Source: a virus
Direction: 5' to 3' (one strand)
IMG/VR virus record: IMGVR_UViG_3300018080_000053
Location: 1 to 42,509 of that record
Length of the DNA: 42,509 bases
Shown: positions 23,791 to 31,679 of the stretch, in pieces
Layout of the letters: the number at the start of each line of letters is the position of its first letter
How positions within the stretch are numbered: position 1 is the stretch's first letter
Translations under genes and position numbers: made by a program
Notes under the pieces: model-generated
What the model was told of the DNA's origin: nothing
Seen by the model: only the letters and a program-made list of their open reading frames with translations
Databases searched by the model: none

Positions 23791-24014
23791 CATACAAGAA
23801 ACTAAGTGCAACGGTGAAAATCAATACAGTTATCGAGATTGACCCGCAAAATGTACGTCGTTGCGGTTATAGTTGTCCTCATTGGGATACAAAATCAGTC
23901 ACTGGAAAAAACGAGAAAACGGCTTTTTGCATTTTCGGAGCTCTCCGATGGTGTGACGATGATAATACATACAGACACGTCAATTGCAGAAAAGCAACAA
24001 AGGACCTCTCATGA
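23787..24014 (+). CDS. Small Cys-rich protein (75 aa)
   Basis: ATGA overlap. It has Cys residues in CGYSCPHW...C...C...C. Confidence 0.5.
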   Translation: MTYKKLSATVKINTVIEIDPQNVRRCGYSCPHWDTKSVTGKNEKTAFCIFGALRWCDDDNTYRHVNCRKATKDLS

Positions 24015-24331
24015 CTGATCAGCCCGTTAACAACCGTGAGCACTTGCTCACTGAGCCCATTGAGACCCCAGTCTCAGCGGTTGCCTCTCCTGAGGAGTGG
24101 CGACAACACAAGATCAAAGCTCTCACTGACCTGGGATACCCTCAAGAGCTAGCTGAGCAACGTGTTGATGAGCCCGGGCCTGATGTGTTTGTCAAGCAAC
24201 GGGTCATGAGTGATCTTGCTCGGGGAGTCCCCCTTGAGAAAGCGATCAAGAGAGCTCACAAGGCCTGGAAAAGACGTTGTCAGCTCGTCAGAAATGAATA
24301 CTACCAGATCACCGGGAAAAAGCTCAAATGA
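24011..24331 (+). CDS. Hypothetical protein (106 aa)
   Basis: I moved the start to ATG 24011, which forms an ATGA overlap with the upstream stop. Confidence 0.5.
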   Translation: MTDQPVNNREHLLTEPIETPVSAVASPEEWRQHKIKALTDLGYPQELAEQRVDEPGPDVFVKQRVMSDLARGVPLEKAIKRAHKAWKRRCQLVRNEYYQITGKKLK

Positions 24332-24540
24332 AAATCCCTGACAAATGCCATCAATGTAACGATTGCGCTTTTCTATATACTGAAATTCAGTTTATCTCCT
24401 CAATGGCTCCTTTGGATCAACCTGCATATACTGAGAATCATATTGCTCATTGGTATATGTGTTCAGAATATCAACATTTTGTCCAACCAAATCAACCCGC
24501 TTGCTTGTCATTTGTTCAAGCAGAAAAGGACCCGCAATGA
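24328..24540 (+). CDS. Small Cys-rich protein (70 aa)
   Basis: ATGA overlap. It has CHQCNDC...C.EY...C..F. Confidence 0.5.
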   Translation: MKIPDKCHQCNDCAFLYTEIQFISSMAPLDQPAYTENHIAHWYMCSEYQHFVQPNQPACLSFVQAEKDPQ

Positions 24541-24797
24541 AAAAGCGTCATTGCAACAATTGCGATAGTACCGAAATCAAAGCTGATTCTTTTAGAGATA
24601 TGAGCCTCAGTCACGTTGAGGCTTTTACAACAACTGAGATTTGTAAAGAGGTTTCCCGGTCAATGTATTTTGAGGATCTTGATTTTTGCTCCCTCTCTTG
24701 CCTGATTATTTGGCTAACTAAACAATTCAACTCTGATGAATTTGACAAATGGATCATCAACTATCGAAAACTCAAAGAGGAAAGATCTCATGGGTAA
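24537..24797 (+). CDS. Small zinc-finger-like protein (86 aa; CxxC ... FCSxxC, TRASH/FCS-like)
   Basis: The start is ATG 24537 (ATGA overlap). It has HCNNCDS... and ...DFCSLSCL. Confidence 0.5.
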   Translation: MKKRHCNNCDSTEIKADSFRDMSLSHVEAFTTTEICKEVSRSMYFEDLDFCSLSCLIIWLTKQFNSDEFDKWIINYRKLKEERSHG

Positions 24798-25032
24798 AGT
24801 ATACACGTCAAGACCCGCAGCAAAATTCCGGGGGGCTCGATTGGCCTGGGACTATTTCACATTTCGATCTGATTTCTATTTTGTGGGCTCAGGAAGTCGG
24901 CTGACTCATTTATGGTACAGTCGCCAATTAGGAAAATGGGAGGCTGTAATAACAGGGGGTCGCAACCGACGACAGTCAATAGCCCGATCCATTGCTCATA
25001 TTCGATATTACACCGTGTTTCATAGAATATAG
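24790..25032 (+). CDS. Hypothetical protein (80 aa)
   Basis: ATG 24790 overlaps the upstream stop. The composition is basic and aromatic-rich, so this is a less certain call. Confidence 0.4.
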   Translation: MGKVYTSRPAAKFRGARLAWDYFTFRSDFYFVGSGSRLTHLWYSRQLGKWEAVITGGRNRRQSIARSIAHIRYYTVFHRI

Positions 25033-25048
25033 ATCAATCTGATTCTCA

Positions 25049-27535
25049 ATGAAACGGTCTCTCAACCCGCGAATTCTCGATCTCTATTTGTCATTAGGAC
25101 GTGAGCTTTTTCCGCTCATCCAAAATGACAAGAGACCACTTCACAAAGAGTGGAGAAAAAGACGATATACACCATCAGAGTTATATGGATACGTCAAGAA
25201 AGGTTGTAATATAGGCTGGCGGTTAGGTCCCCTCGATTGTGTCATTGATGTTGACCCGCGCAATGACGGCAAGCGATCTCTCAAGAAACTCAACCGGGAC
25301 CTCTCAACCTTTGACCTCAGTGACATTTACCCCACTGTCCAAACCGGGGGAGGGGGTTTGCACTATTATACAACTCTCCCTGAGCGGGTTTCGATCCGAA
25401 AGAATCTCAAGGAATATCCCGGGATCGATTTCCTTTCCTTTGGTCGATATGTTGTGATCGCTGGGAGCTCTCATCCCTCAGGGACCCCCTATAGATTTGA
25501 CGAGCTGAGCCCATTTCGCAAGCTGGGCAAGAAACTCCCCGATCCATTGTTCAAACGGATCGGAAAATTTGACCTTGAAGATGACATTGCAAAGTATAGC
25601 GCTTGCAATACGATCGCAACCCGGACACTTAAGGACTTGCTCAAGCAACTCCCCGTTGAGGACTATGACTCTGACGATAAATGGTTTCCGATTATGGTTG
25701 CCGCTCATCATGCAACTCAAGGTTTCGGTCTTGACGTTTTTCTCAATTGGTCTTTGGGGGATCCTCGATATGCTGATCATGCCGAGCGAATCAAAAGACG
25801 TTGGGAGAGTTTGAGGCATGACAGCGACTCACAAATAACAGTCAATACAATTTATGCTGAGGTCATTGAGAGAGGGGGTGAGCTCCCCCCGCTTGCCGTT
25901 GTCAGGGACTTTGAGATTCTTGACGGGCTTGACGCTGATGAAAATGAGGAGTCAGACGAAAAGAAAAAGTCCATACTGGACAAGAAATTTTCGAGAAAAA
26001 AGGTCATCAAAGAGGCCCGGAAACTCACAAAATATTCTGCAGCAAAAGCAATTCATGGTGTATTGGACAAGTGTCACAACTTTTCTGAGCTTGACACTGA
26101 GTATATCCTTGCGATCATTCGCACAAAAACTGAAATGCCTCTCCCGTCCCTTAGACGTACCCTCAATGAGAGGAGACGAAAAGCGTTAGCCTCTGAGGAT
26201 GATATTGAGGATCTAGGATACTATCTCACTCAAGAGACCATCAAGCAAGCTCGAAAGAATGACTCAGATATTGTGTATGCAATTGACTCAAGATTTTGGG
26301 AATTTGATACAACTCATTGGATCCCGGTCCCCTTTGCGGTCATGAGATCAAGAGTATTGGACCGGGCAAAAGCGATCAAGAAAGAAAACCCATCGATAAC
26401 TCAGCCGATCTCCTCGCTTGTTATGCAAGCAACCCAATTGCTTGAGGCTGAGACGGCTAGACAAGATGATCTTTTCGGATTTCAGAAACCTCCCAAAGCA
26501 GTGATCAACACAAGGACCCATGAGATACACATTGACATTGCAACCGGGGAGTCAGTTGCTCAAGAGCACAATATTGAGAGTTATCTCACCTATTGTATCA
26601 ATGCTGAGTATGACCCTCAAGCCCGTTGCGGTCTGTTTGACCGGACACTCAATGAGATCTTTGATTGCTATATTTCACGAGATCGAAAAGAGGTCATAAG
26701 ACATTTATGGGAGGTCATCGGATACACGATCCAACCTCACAAAGATATTGCTTGCTGGGTCCTTTTTCATGGATCAGGATCCAACGGTAAAACGTTGATC
26801 CTCAATATCATCTCAGCTCTCCTAGGAGATTTTGCGCTTGAGAAATCGATCCGCGAGCTTGACGTTGCAAAAAATGCTCATGCATTTGCAGACCTCCCGG
26901 GCAAGCTGGCAATGATTGATGAGGACGTTTCAAGCTCAACGCTACTCCCTGACGGGGCTGTCAAGAAAGTTTCCGAAAACAAAATGTTGGTTGCTAATCC
27001 AAAAAATCGGCCAACTTTTCGATTTCTCAATACGGCAATTGCTTATCTGAGCTCGAATAGTTGGCCGAAAACCCGCGATCTCAGTTACGGACTCAAGAGG
27101 AGAGCTCTTGTTTTCGATTTCGATCGGCGTTTCACCCCCGCTGAGATAGACCTCACAAGGGGAAAGCGGATCATTGACTCTGAGATGAGCGGGATCCTCA
27201 ACAAAGCTCTCAGAGGCCTCAAGCGCTTGAGGGAGCGGGGATCATTTGATGTCCCCGGGCCTTGCAAAAAAGCGATCGAAACATGGTACTATGAGAGTAA
27301 TCAGATCATGCAATTTCTCACCGAGCACTATTATGAGACGGTCACCCGCAAAGGGACACCGTTTCTCAAACTATATGACCAATATGTTGAGTGGACACAT
27401 GATCAGGGATCAAAAAGGAGTTACTCAAGGCAAGGCCTGAGGCAAGCTCTTGAGTCAATGGGTCACCGCTACAATGAGAAAACGGGCAACGTATCAGGGT
27501 TACTCCCTGAATTGAGAGAGGAGGACCCAGAATGA
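25049..27535 (+). CDS. Bifunctional primase-polymerase / D5-P4-type replicative helicase
   Basis: 828 aa. The N-terminal prim-pol motifs are CVIDVDPRNDG and GGGGLHYY. The C-terminus has the Walker A VLFHGSGSNGKT and Walker B AMIDED, typical of P4-family primase C-terminal domains. Confidence 0.85.
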   Translation: MKRSLNPRILDLYLSLGRELFPLIQNDKRPLHKEWRKRRYTPSELYGYVKKGCNIGWRLGPLDCVIDVDPRNDGKRSLKKLNRDLSTFDLSDIYPTVQTGGGGLHYYTTLPERVSIRKNLKEYPGIDFLSFGRYVVIAGSSHPSGTPYRFDELSPFRKLGKKLPDPLFKRIGKFDLEDDIAKYSACNTIATRTLKDLLKQLPVEDYDSDDKWFPIMVAAHHATQGFGLDVFLNWSLGDPRYADHAERIKRRWESLRHDSDSQITVNTIYAEVIERGGELPPLAVVRDFEILDGLDADENEESDEKKKSILDKKFSRKKVIKEARKLTKYSAAKAIHGVLDKCHNFSELDTEYILAIIRTKTEMPLPSLRRTLNERRRKALASEDDIEDLGYYLTQETIKQARKNDSDIVYAIDSRFWEFDTTHWIPVPFAVMRSRVLDRAKAIKKENPSITQPISSLVMQATQLLEAETARQDDLFGFQKPPKAVINTRTHEIHIDIATGESVAQEHNIESYLTYCINAEYDPQARCGLFDRTLNEIFDCYISRDRKEVIRHLWEVIGYTIQPHKDIACWVLFHGSGSNGKTLILNIISALLGDFALEKSIRELDVAKNAHAFADLPGKLAMIDEDVSSSTLLPDGAVKKVSENKMLVANPKNRPTFRFLNTAIAYLSSNSWPKTRDLSYGLKRRALVFDFDRRFTPAEIDLTRGKRIIDSEMSGILNKALRGLKRLRERGSFDVPGPCKKAIETWYYESNQIMQFLTEHYYETVTRKGTPFLKLYDQYVEWTHDQGSKRSYSRQGLRQALESMGHRYNEKTGNVSGLLPELREEDPE

Positions 27536-28068
27536 TTGAGCCTCTCAAAATTGCATATGCTGATCCCCCGTACCCTAATTGTGCCCATTTATACAAGGGG
27601 CAACCTGAGTATGTGGGGGAAATAGATCATGAGAAATTAGCTAAAAAACTACTCACTGAATATGACGGTTTTATTTTGCATACGTCCTCAACAGCTTTGC
27701 GATTTATACTCCCCATGTTTCCTGATCCTGAAATCAGAATCATGAGCTGGGTTAAACCCTTTGCTACTTTTAAAAGGAATGTATCGGTTGCATATGCCTG
27801 GGAACCTGTATTAGTCAGATCAGCCAGAAAACCAAAAGTATCTCACCGAATTGTCATGAGAGATTGGGTCTCACAATCAATTACACTCAAAAAAGGTCTT
27901 GTTGGGGCAAAACCCCCCGTGGTTTGTGAGTGGGCTTTTGAGATGTTAGGAGCTCTCCCGATTGACTATTTTGATGATCTTTATCCTGGGACCGGAATAG
28001 TCAAAAAAACCTGGGATCAATGGTGCAAGCGAGTCAACATGCTAGGTTATGAGGAGGAAACAGAATGA
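27532..28068 (+). CDS. DNA N6-adenine (or N4-cytosine) methyltransferase, DPPY first and FxGxG-like last (beta-class order)
   Basis: 178 aa with ADPPYP at residues 10-15, SWVKPF, and C-terminal DDLYPGTG. The target sequence is unknown. Confidence 0.65.
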   Translation: MIEPLKIAYADPPYPNCAHLYKGQPEYVGEIDHEKLAKKLLTEYDGFILHTSSTALRFILPMFPDPEIRIMSWVKPFATFKRNVSVAYAWEPVLVRSARKPKVSHRIVMRDWVSQSITLKKGLVGAKPPVVCEWAFEMLGALPIDYFDDLYPGTGIVKKTWDQWCKRVNMLGYEEETE

Positions 28069-28319
28069 GTCTTTTTGAGATCATTATTTGTGTTTTGGTT
28101 GCACTTTTTATGCTCAGTCAATGGGTAATTGCGTATTTTTTTGGATATGCAAGAATTGAGCAACGCAATTGGTACGTAATTGCCGCGAAAAATCTTGAGC
28201 GAAAATTTGAGCTTGATAAAACGATTCCGATTGACGAAGAAAAAAATTTAATTCATCAACGTTTTATGCTTGCTCATATGCGAGTATTTCAAGAGCTCAA
28301 TGAGGAGGATGAGTCATGA
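28065..28319 (+). CDS. Small membrane protein (84 aa, N-terminal TM segments)
   Basis: ATGA overlap. IIICVLVALFMLSQWVIAYFFGY is hydrophobic. Confidence 0.5.
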   Translation: MSLFEIIICVLVALFMLSQWVIAYFFGYARIEQRNWYVIAAKNLERKFELDKTIPIDEEKNLIHQRFMLAHMRVFQELNEEDES

Positions 28320-28519
28320 GCCCAAAAAAATCACTAAAAGATGTTACTGTCCCAATGAAAGAATTATTCCCCGATGCTTATCCGTTTTATGGGGGTCTGA
28401 AACGAGCTGTTGAATTTAGGCTGCAATGGGAATACATCCAATCGTTTATTGAGGATTTAAAAACAAACGGAAACACTGAGCAAGCGGTTTTTCATGCTTG
28501 CCGTGAGTGGGATCTTTGA
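28316..28519 (+). CDS. Hypothetical protein (67 aa)
   Basis: ATGA overlap with protein-like composition. Confidence 0.5.
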   Translation: MSPKKSLKDVTVPMKELFPDAYPFYGGLKRAVEFRLQWEYIQSFIEDLKTNGNTEQAVFHACREWDL

Positions 28520-28531
28520 GGAGGAAACAGA

Positions 28532-28738
28532 ATGAAAAAAGGACAACGGATTAAATTGAAGCAATCGAGAGTTGCTGAGGCTATGTCAATGGTTGGGGAG
28601 ACTGGGACAGTGACCGGGAAAAGTCTGAGTCACAAGGGAGTCTATACGGTGAAACTCGATAACCCTCCCGGGCCAAAGACCGATCGGTTACTCAAGACAA
28701 ATGGAATTCATGAGAGCTATCTTGAGGAAATCGAATGA
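28532..28738 (+). CDS. Hypothetical protein (68 aa)
   Basis: GAGGAGG lies 7 nt upstream of the ATG. Confidence 0.55.
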   Translation: MKKGQRIKLKQSRVAEAMSMVGETGTVTGKSLSHKGVYTVKLDNPPGPKTDRLLKTNGIHESYLEEIE

Positions 28739-28821
28739 GGACGATCAAAGCTCTTGTAACCTCATTGCTTGAGTTTCTTGAGGACTACTTTTGTGATCTG
28801 TATGACGGGGAGATCGATTGA
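28735..28821 (+). CDS. Possible 28-aa coupled micro-ORF (MRTIKALVTSLLEFLEDYFCDLYDGEID)
   Basis: It has an ATGA overlap upstream, and its TGA overlaps the TTG start of the next gene. It is too short to judge. Confidence 0.3.
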   Translation: MRTIKALVTSLLEFLEDYFCDLYDGEID

Positions 28822-29258
28822 CCTCAAAACGGAAAAAGGGACCGTACAAAACCCGGGCTGAGAAAATTCTCAGCTTGCTTTCTCGTAATCGAAACCGCTG
28901 GTTAACCTGTAGGCAAATCGGGTCAATGCTCGTCTCAAGAAAAGCGGTCCCCAGGCCAACAACTCAACGGGAGGTCAAGTTGCTCATGGGATCGGTTGGG
29001 ACAACCCTCAGATATATGAGGGAGCGGGGGCAAATCGATCACCGTCTGATCCGTGAGACCCGCTATGAGTATAGAGCTTTTCGAGTCGATAGTAATCACG
29101 AGAATATTTGTTGCCATATTTGCCGCTCAACCGATGATCTCGATCGGTATCGGGGAAAATGGCATTGCCGAAACTGCCTCATAGGTGAGGAGGATAACTC
29201 TGCAACGGTACAAGCGTTGATCTCAACCGGGGGCTCAAATTTGGGACTAATTGACTGA
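28818..29258 (+). CDS. Putative DNA-binding protein (winged-helix-like N-terminus plus CxxC...CxxC zinc finger)
   Basis: 146 aa with a TTG start and GGGGAG 5 nt upstream. It contains ILSLLSRNRNRWLTCRQIGSML and CCHICRS...WHCRNC. Confidence 0.5.
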   Translation: MTSKRKKGPYKTRAEKILSLLSRNRNRWLTCRQIGSMLVSRKAVPRPTTQREVKLLMGSVGTTLRYMRERGQIDHRLIRETRYEYRAFRVDSNHENICCHICRSTDDLDRYRGKWHCRNCLIGEEDNSATVQALISTGGSNLGLID

Positions 29259-29803
29259 TGATTGATACTGAATTTAACGGGGGTTGGGTCCTCTCCTCAT
29301 CAAGCGATCCTTTTGCGCTTGCAATCGTTGACGGTCTTGCTGAGTTTTCGGCATACGGTCCCCACTATTCAAGACGATCACCGGGGTCAAGGACTTTTAC
29401 CGGTTGCGGTCAAGAGATCGTTTTACTACATGAAAGTCTTTTAGCAGTTTGGGCAGTTGTATACCAGAAAACCCCAGCAAAAAGAGGGACCGGATCTAGT
29501 CGCGGAAAAACAGGAAACACGGATCAAAACACTCAATGGTTGTGGCGAAACATGCTTTTCAGGAGGCTCCCGAAATGTCCTGTAATAGCCTCTGAGTTAG
29601 TAAAGACAGCGACAAACGCAACCTATAAGGCTTGGAAATTAAAATACAAAACATTGCCCCCTGAGCGACTCAGGACCGAAATTGAGATCGCAAAAGTAAG
29701 ATCGAAAAATCCTGGGTATTGTTACCGGGTTGCTGGGTATACTGTTGATCGAATTGTTCGCGGCAAACTGTATCTCTTTGCACCTCAACTCAATCTCTTT
29801 TGA
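29258..29803 (+). CDS. Hypothetical protein (181 aa)
   Basis: TGATG overlap with the upstream gene. No motif I can name with confidence. Confidence 0.55.
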   Translation: MIDTEFNGGWVLSSSSDPFALAIVDGLAEFSAYGPHYSRRSPGSRTFTGCGQEIVLLHESLLAVWAVVYQKTPAKRGTGSSRGKTGNTDQNTQWLWRNMLFRRLPKCPVIASELVKTATNATYKAWKLKYKTLPPERLRTEIEIAKVRSKNPGYCYRVAGYTVDRIVRGKLYLFAPQLNLF

Positions 29804-29822
29804 GAAAAAAGGGAAAAAATAG

Positions 29823-29851
29823 TTGACAGCCCCCTTGAGCGGATCTATTAT
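29823..29851 (+). promoter_or_regulatory. Internal promoter TTGACA-17-TATTAT
   Basis: ttgaca (29823..29828), a 17-nt spacer gcccccttgagcggatc, then tattat (29846..29851), in a 100-nt intergenic gap. Confidence 0.6.
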
Positions 29852-29904
29852 GAGTGTATCAACTGACCTGGGAGGGTCAAACGGTCAAAGAGGAGGAAAC
29901 CAAA

Positions 29905-30099
29905 ATGAGGACAGTTGAGCAACAAGAAAACATCAACAAAGCGATCGTCAAAAAACTCAAGACCATAACTAATCGGGGGATGAGTTTGAGCTCATGTTGT
30001 ACGTTCATAACTCTCACCCGTTTAGAGTTGGGGAGATTGACGCTAAATACTATGAGCCTCTCAACAAGAGAGGTCAGGAGGATCCCGTTGCCGCGGTGA
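29905..30099 (+). CDS. Hypothetical protein; the 3' half may be out of frame (see the G-run finding)
   Basis: ATG 29905 follows AAGAGGAGG. The GTG 29854 in the track would precede the predicted transcription start. Confidence 0.4.
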   Translation: MRTVEQQENINKAIVKKLKTITNRGMSLSSCCTFITLTRLELGRLTLNTMSLSTREVRRIPLPR

Positions 30100-30121
30100 T
30101 CGTAATTCGGGAGGGGGCAAA

Positions 30122-30451
30122 ATGACCGATCAGATCAAAATCTGTCTTGATTGTCAACATTATCTTGAGGGACCTCAGATCAAGAAATGCAGGAAAAGTG
30201 CTCATCCAACTCATGCTGATACATGCTCTCTTTTTGAGCAAGCTCTTGAGCCCGTTGATCCTGAGCCCAAAGAGGATCGGCAATATTGGCTTATGACCCC
30301 CGGGAAAAATAATACAACATATGTTGCCCGTTGCTTTTCGAGTCTCAAGAATTTGCTTGAGTATGCCGAAAAACAAAGGACTCCTCTCAATAAGATTTTT
30401 GCCTTGAGCGCAAGAAATCTCAAGTTGAGGCTTGAGGTTGAGGATAACTAG
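30122..30451 (+). CDS. Small protein with one CxxCxxY...C...CxxF module (109 aa)
   Basis: It contains CLDCQHYLEGPQIKKCRKSAHPTHADTCSLF. Confidence 0.55.
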   Translation: MTDQIKICLDCQHYLEGPQIKKCRKSAHPTHADTCSLFEQALEPVDPEPKEDRQYWLMTPGKNNTTYVARCFSSLKNLLEYAEKQRTPLNKIFALSARNLKLRLEVEDN

Positions 30452-30599
30452 TCACCGTTAAACAGTGGGCTTGAGACCCCCGGGCAATGGTTGCCCAAAT
30501 CGAAAACAACCAACGGGAGGTTTGACAACATTCTCACAAAACGTCCACATTGGCGAAAAAGTTTCTGCTTCGCAACTCAAGCCCACTGTTTGGCGGTGA
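30452..30599 (+). ncRNA. Intergenic structured element: a 24-bp stem closing a 100-nt insert
   Basis: tcaccgttaaacagtgggcttgag (30452..30475) pairs with ctcaagcccactgtttggcggtga (30576..30599). That is 22 Watson-Crick pairs plus 2 G.U pairs, and the G.U pairs exist only if the plus strand is the RNA. Confidence 0.5.
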
Positions 30600-30618
30600 A
30601 AAGGAGATCGAAAAAAAA

Positions 30619-30834
30619 ATGATTGAGGAATATGATAACAACTCAGTAATACTAAAAGATTGTGAGTGCATTTGTGACTCAAGAAAAGCGATCCTTGTTT
30701 CCTCAGATCTTTTTGATGAGCCTTTGTGGTTTCCGTTGAGTCAGATACATGATGACTCTGAGGTATACAAAAACGGGACCTCAGGAAATTTCATTTTCTC
30801 TAACTGGATAGCCAAAGAAAAAGAGCTGATATAA
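30619..30834 (+). CDS. Hypothetical protein (71 aa)
   Basis: ATG 30619. AAGGAG lies 12 nt upstream, which is long spacing. It has CECIC and WFPLSQI motifs. Confidence 0.5.
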   Translation: MIEEYDNNSVILKDCECICDSRKAILVSSDLFDEPLWFPLSQIHDDSEVYKNGTSGNFIFSNWIAKEKELI

Positions 30835-31034
30835 TGGCAAAAGTGACCGCAGCAAAAAAGGGAGAGCGGGTGAGATCCTATCCCCTGGAAAAAGATCACG
30901 GGTGGAGCTCCCGCAAAGCGGAAACTGACGGGATCGTGATAGTCCTTGATCCTCATGAGAGTCTCAACGGGGGTTGTTTCATTTCGCTTGATGATCTTGA
31001 GGATGCTCTCAGCGCTTTCTATACCTTCAAATGA
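30834..31034 (+). CDS. Hypothetical protein (66 aa)
   Basis: Its ATG overlaps the upstream TAA by 1 nt. Confidence 0.5.
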   Translation: MAKVTAAKKGERVRSYPLEKDHGWSSRKAETDGIVIVLDPHESLNGGCFISLDDLEDALSAFYTFK

Positions 31035-31098
31035 AAAAAGCAACAAAAGCACAAAAAGCGCTTGACAACCCCGGACCGAATATGAGAGGAGAGATCTC

Positions 31099-31335
31099 AT
31101 GAGTTTTCTTGATCTAGTCGCTGAGAGATACGGAAATCCCCGGGCCATTTTCGCAACCGCTGAGAAAATTCCTCACGGGACCCCGGTCAAGATCTTTGTT
31201 GAGAATGAAACCCAAATCATTGACGCGATCTCAACTGGCAAAAAGGAAAAGGGTTGTCATGTTGTATCCGTCAAGAAAAAGAATCGATCATGGCGATTGA
31301 GGATGAGACCGCGAAACATTCTCATTTGCTGGTAA
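31099..31335 (+). CDS. Hypothetical protein (78 aa)
   Basis: GAGAGGAG lies upstream of the ATG. The C-terminal 20 aa look low-quality. Confidence 0.45.
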   Translation: MSFLDLVAERYGNPRAIFATAEKIPHGTPVKIFVENETQIIDAISTGKKEKGCHVVSVKKKNRSWRLRMRPRNILICW

Positions 31336-31366
31336 TAGGACCCGCAACCAAAAAGGAGTTTGAGAA

Positions 31367-31657
31367 ATGCAAGCAAGGATCGTCTTTGACATGAAGATCG
31401 CCTCAGTGGAATTTCGAGGCATGGATGAGATCGAAAAGACAGTGAGCAAAGCGCTCAAGGCTCATCTTGCCTCTTTGACTGGGGGCAAGAAAAGGGGACG
31501 GAAGCCCGGATCGAAAACCGCCACAAAGACAACCGCGAAAAAGAGCAAGGCTCCCTCGAAAAAGGCTCCCGCGAAAAAGGCTCCCGCGAAAAAGGCTCCC
31601 GCGAAAAAGACAACAAAGGCAAAAACCGCTCCCATTCCCAGCGGTGAGAAATTCTAA
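31367..31657 (+). CDS. AT-hook / histone-H1-like basic protein with (KKAPA)n tail
   Basis: 96 aa containing GKKRGRKPGSK followed by KSKAPSKKAPAKKAPAKKAPAKKTTKAK. AAAGGAG lies upstream. Confidence 0.65.
   Translation: MQARIVFDMKIASVEFRGMDEIEKTVSKALKAHLASLTGGKKRGRKPGSKTATKTTAKKSKAPSKKAPAKKAPAKKAPAKKTTKAKTAPIPSGEKF
31549..31608. repeat. 15-nt tandem repeat, 4 copies (ggctccc[tg]cgaaaaa; encodes KAPAK)
   Basis: Read directly from the sequence. Confidence 0.9.
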
Positions 31658-31679
31658 ACAACAAAAGGAGTGAGAAACA

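Noticed and set aside
30550-30618. TTG 30550 as the start of the 30550..30834 ORF
   Set aside because: It would place the first 23 codons inside the 24-bp helix and inner hairpin of the intergenic structured element. The in-frame ATG 30619 downstream of AAGGAG is preferred, although its 12-nt spacing is long.
31040-31098. TTGACA followed by TATGAG upstream of 31099
   Set aside because: The spacer is only 13 nt, which is not compatible with a sigma70-type promoter.
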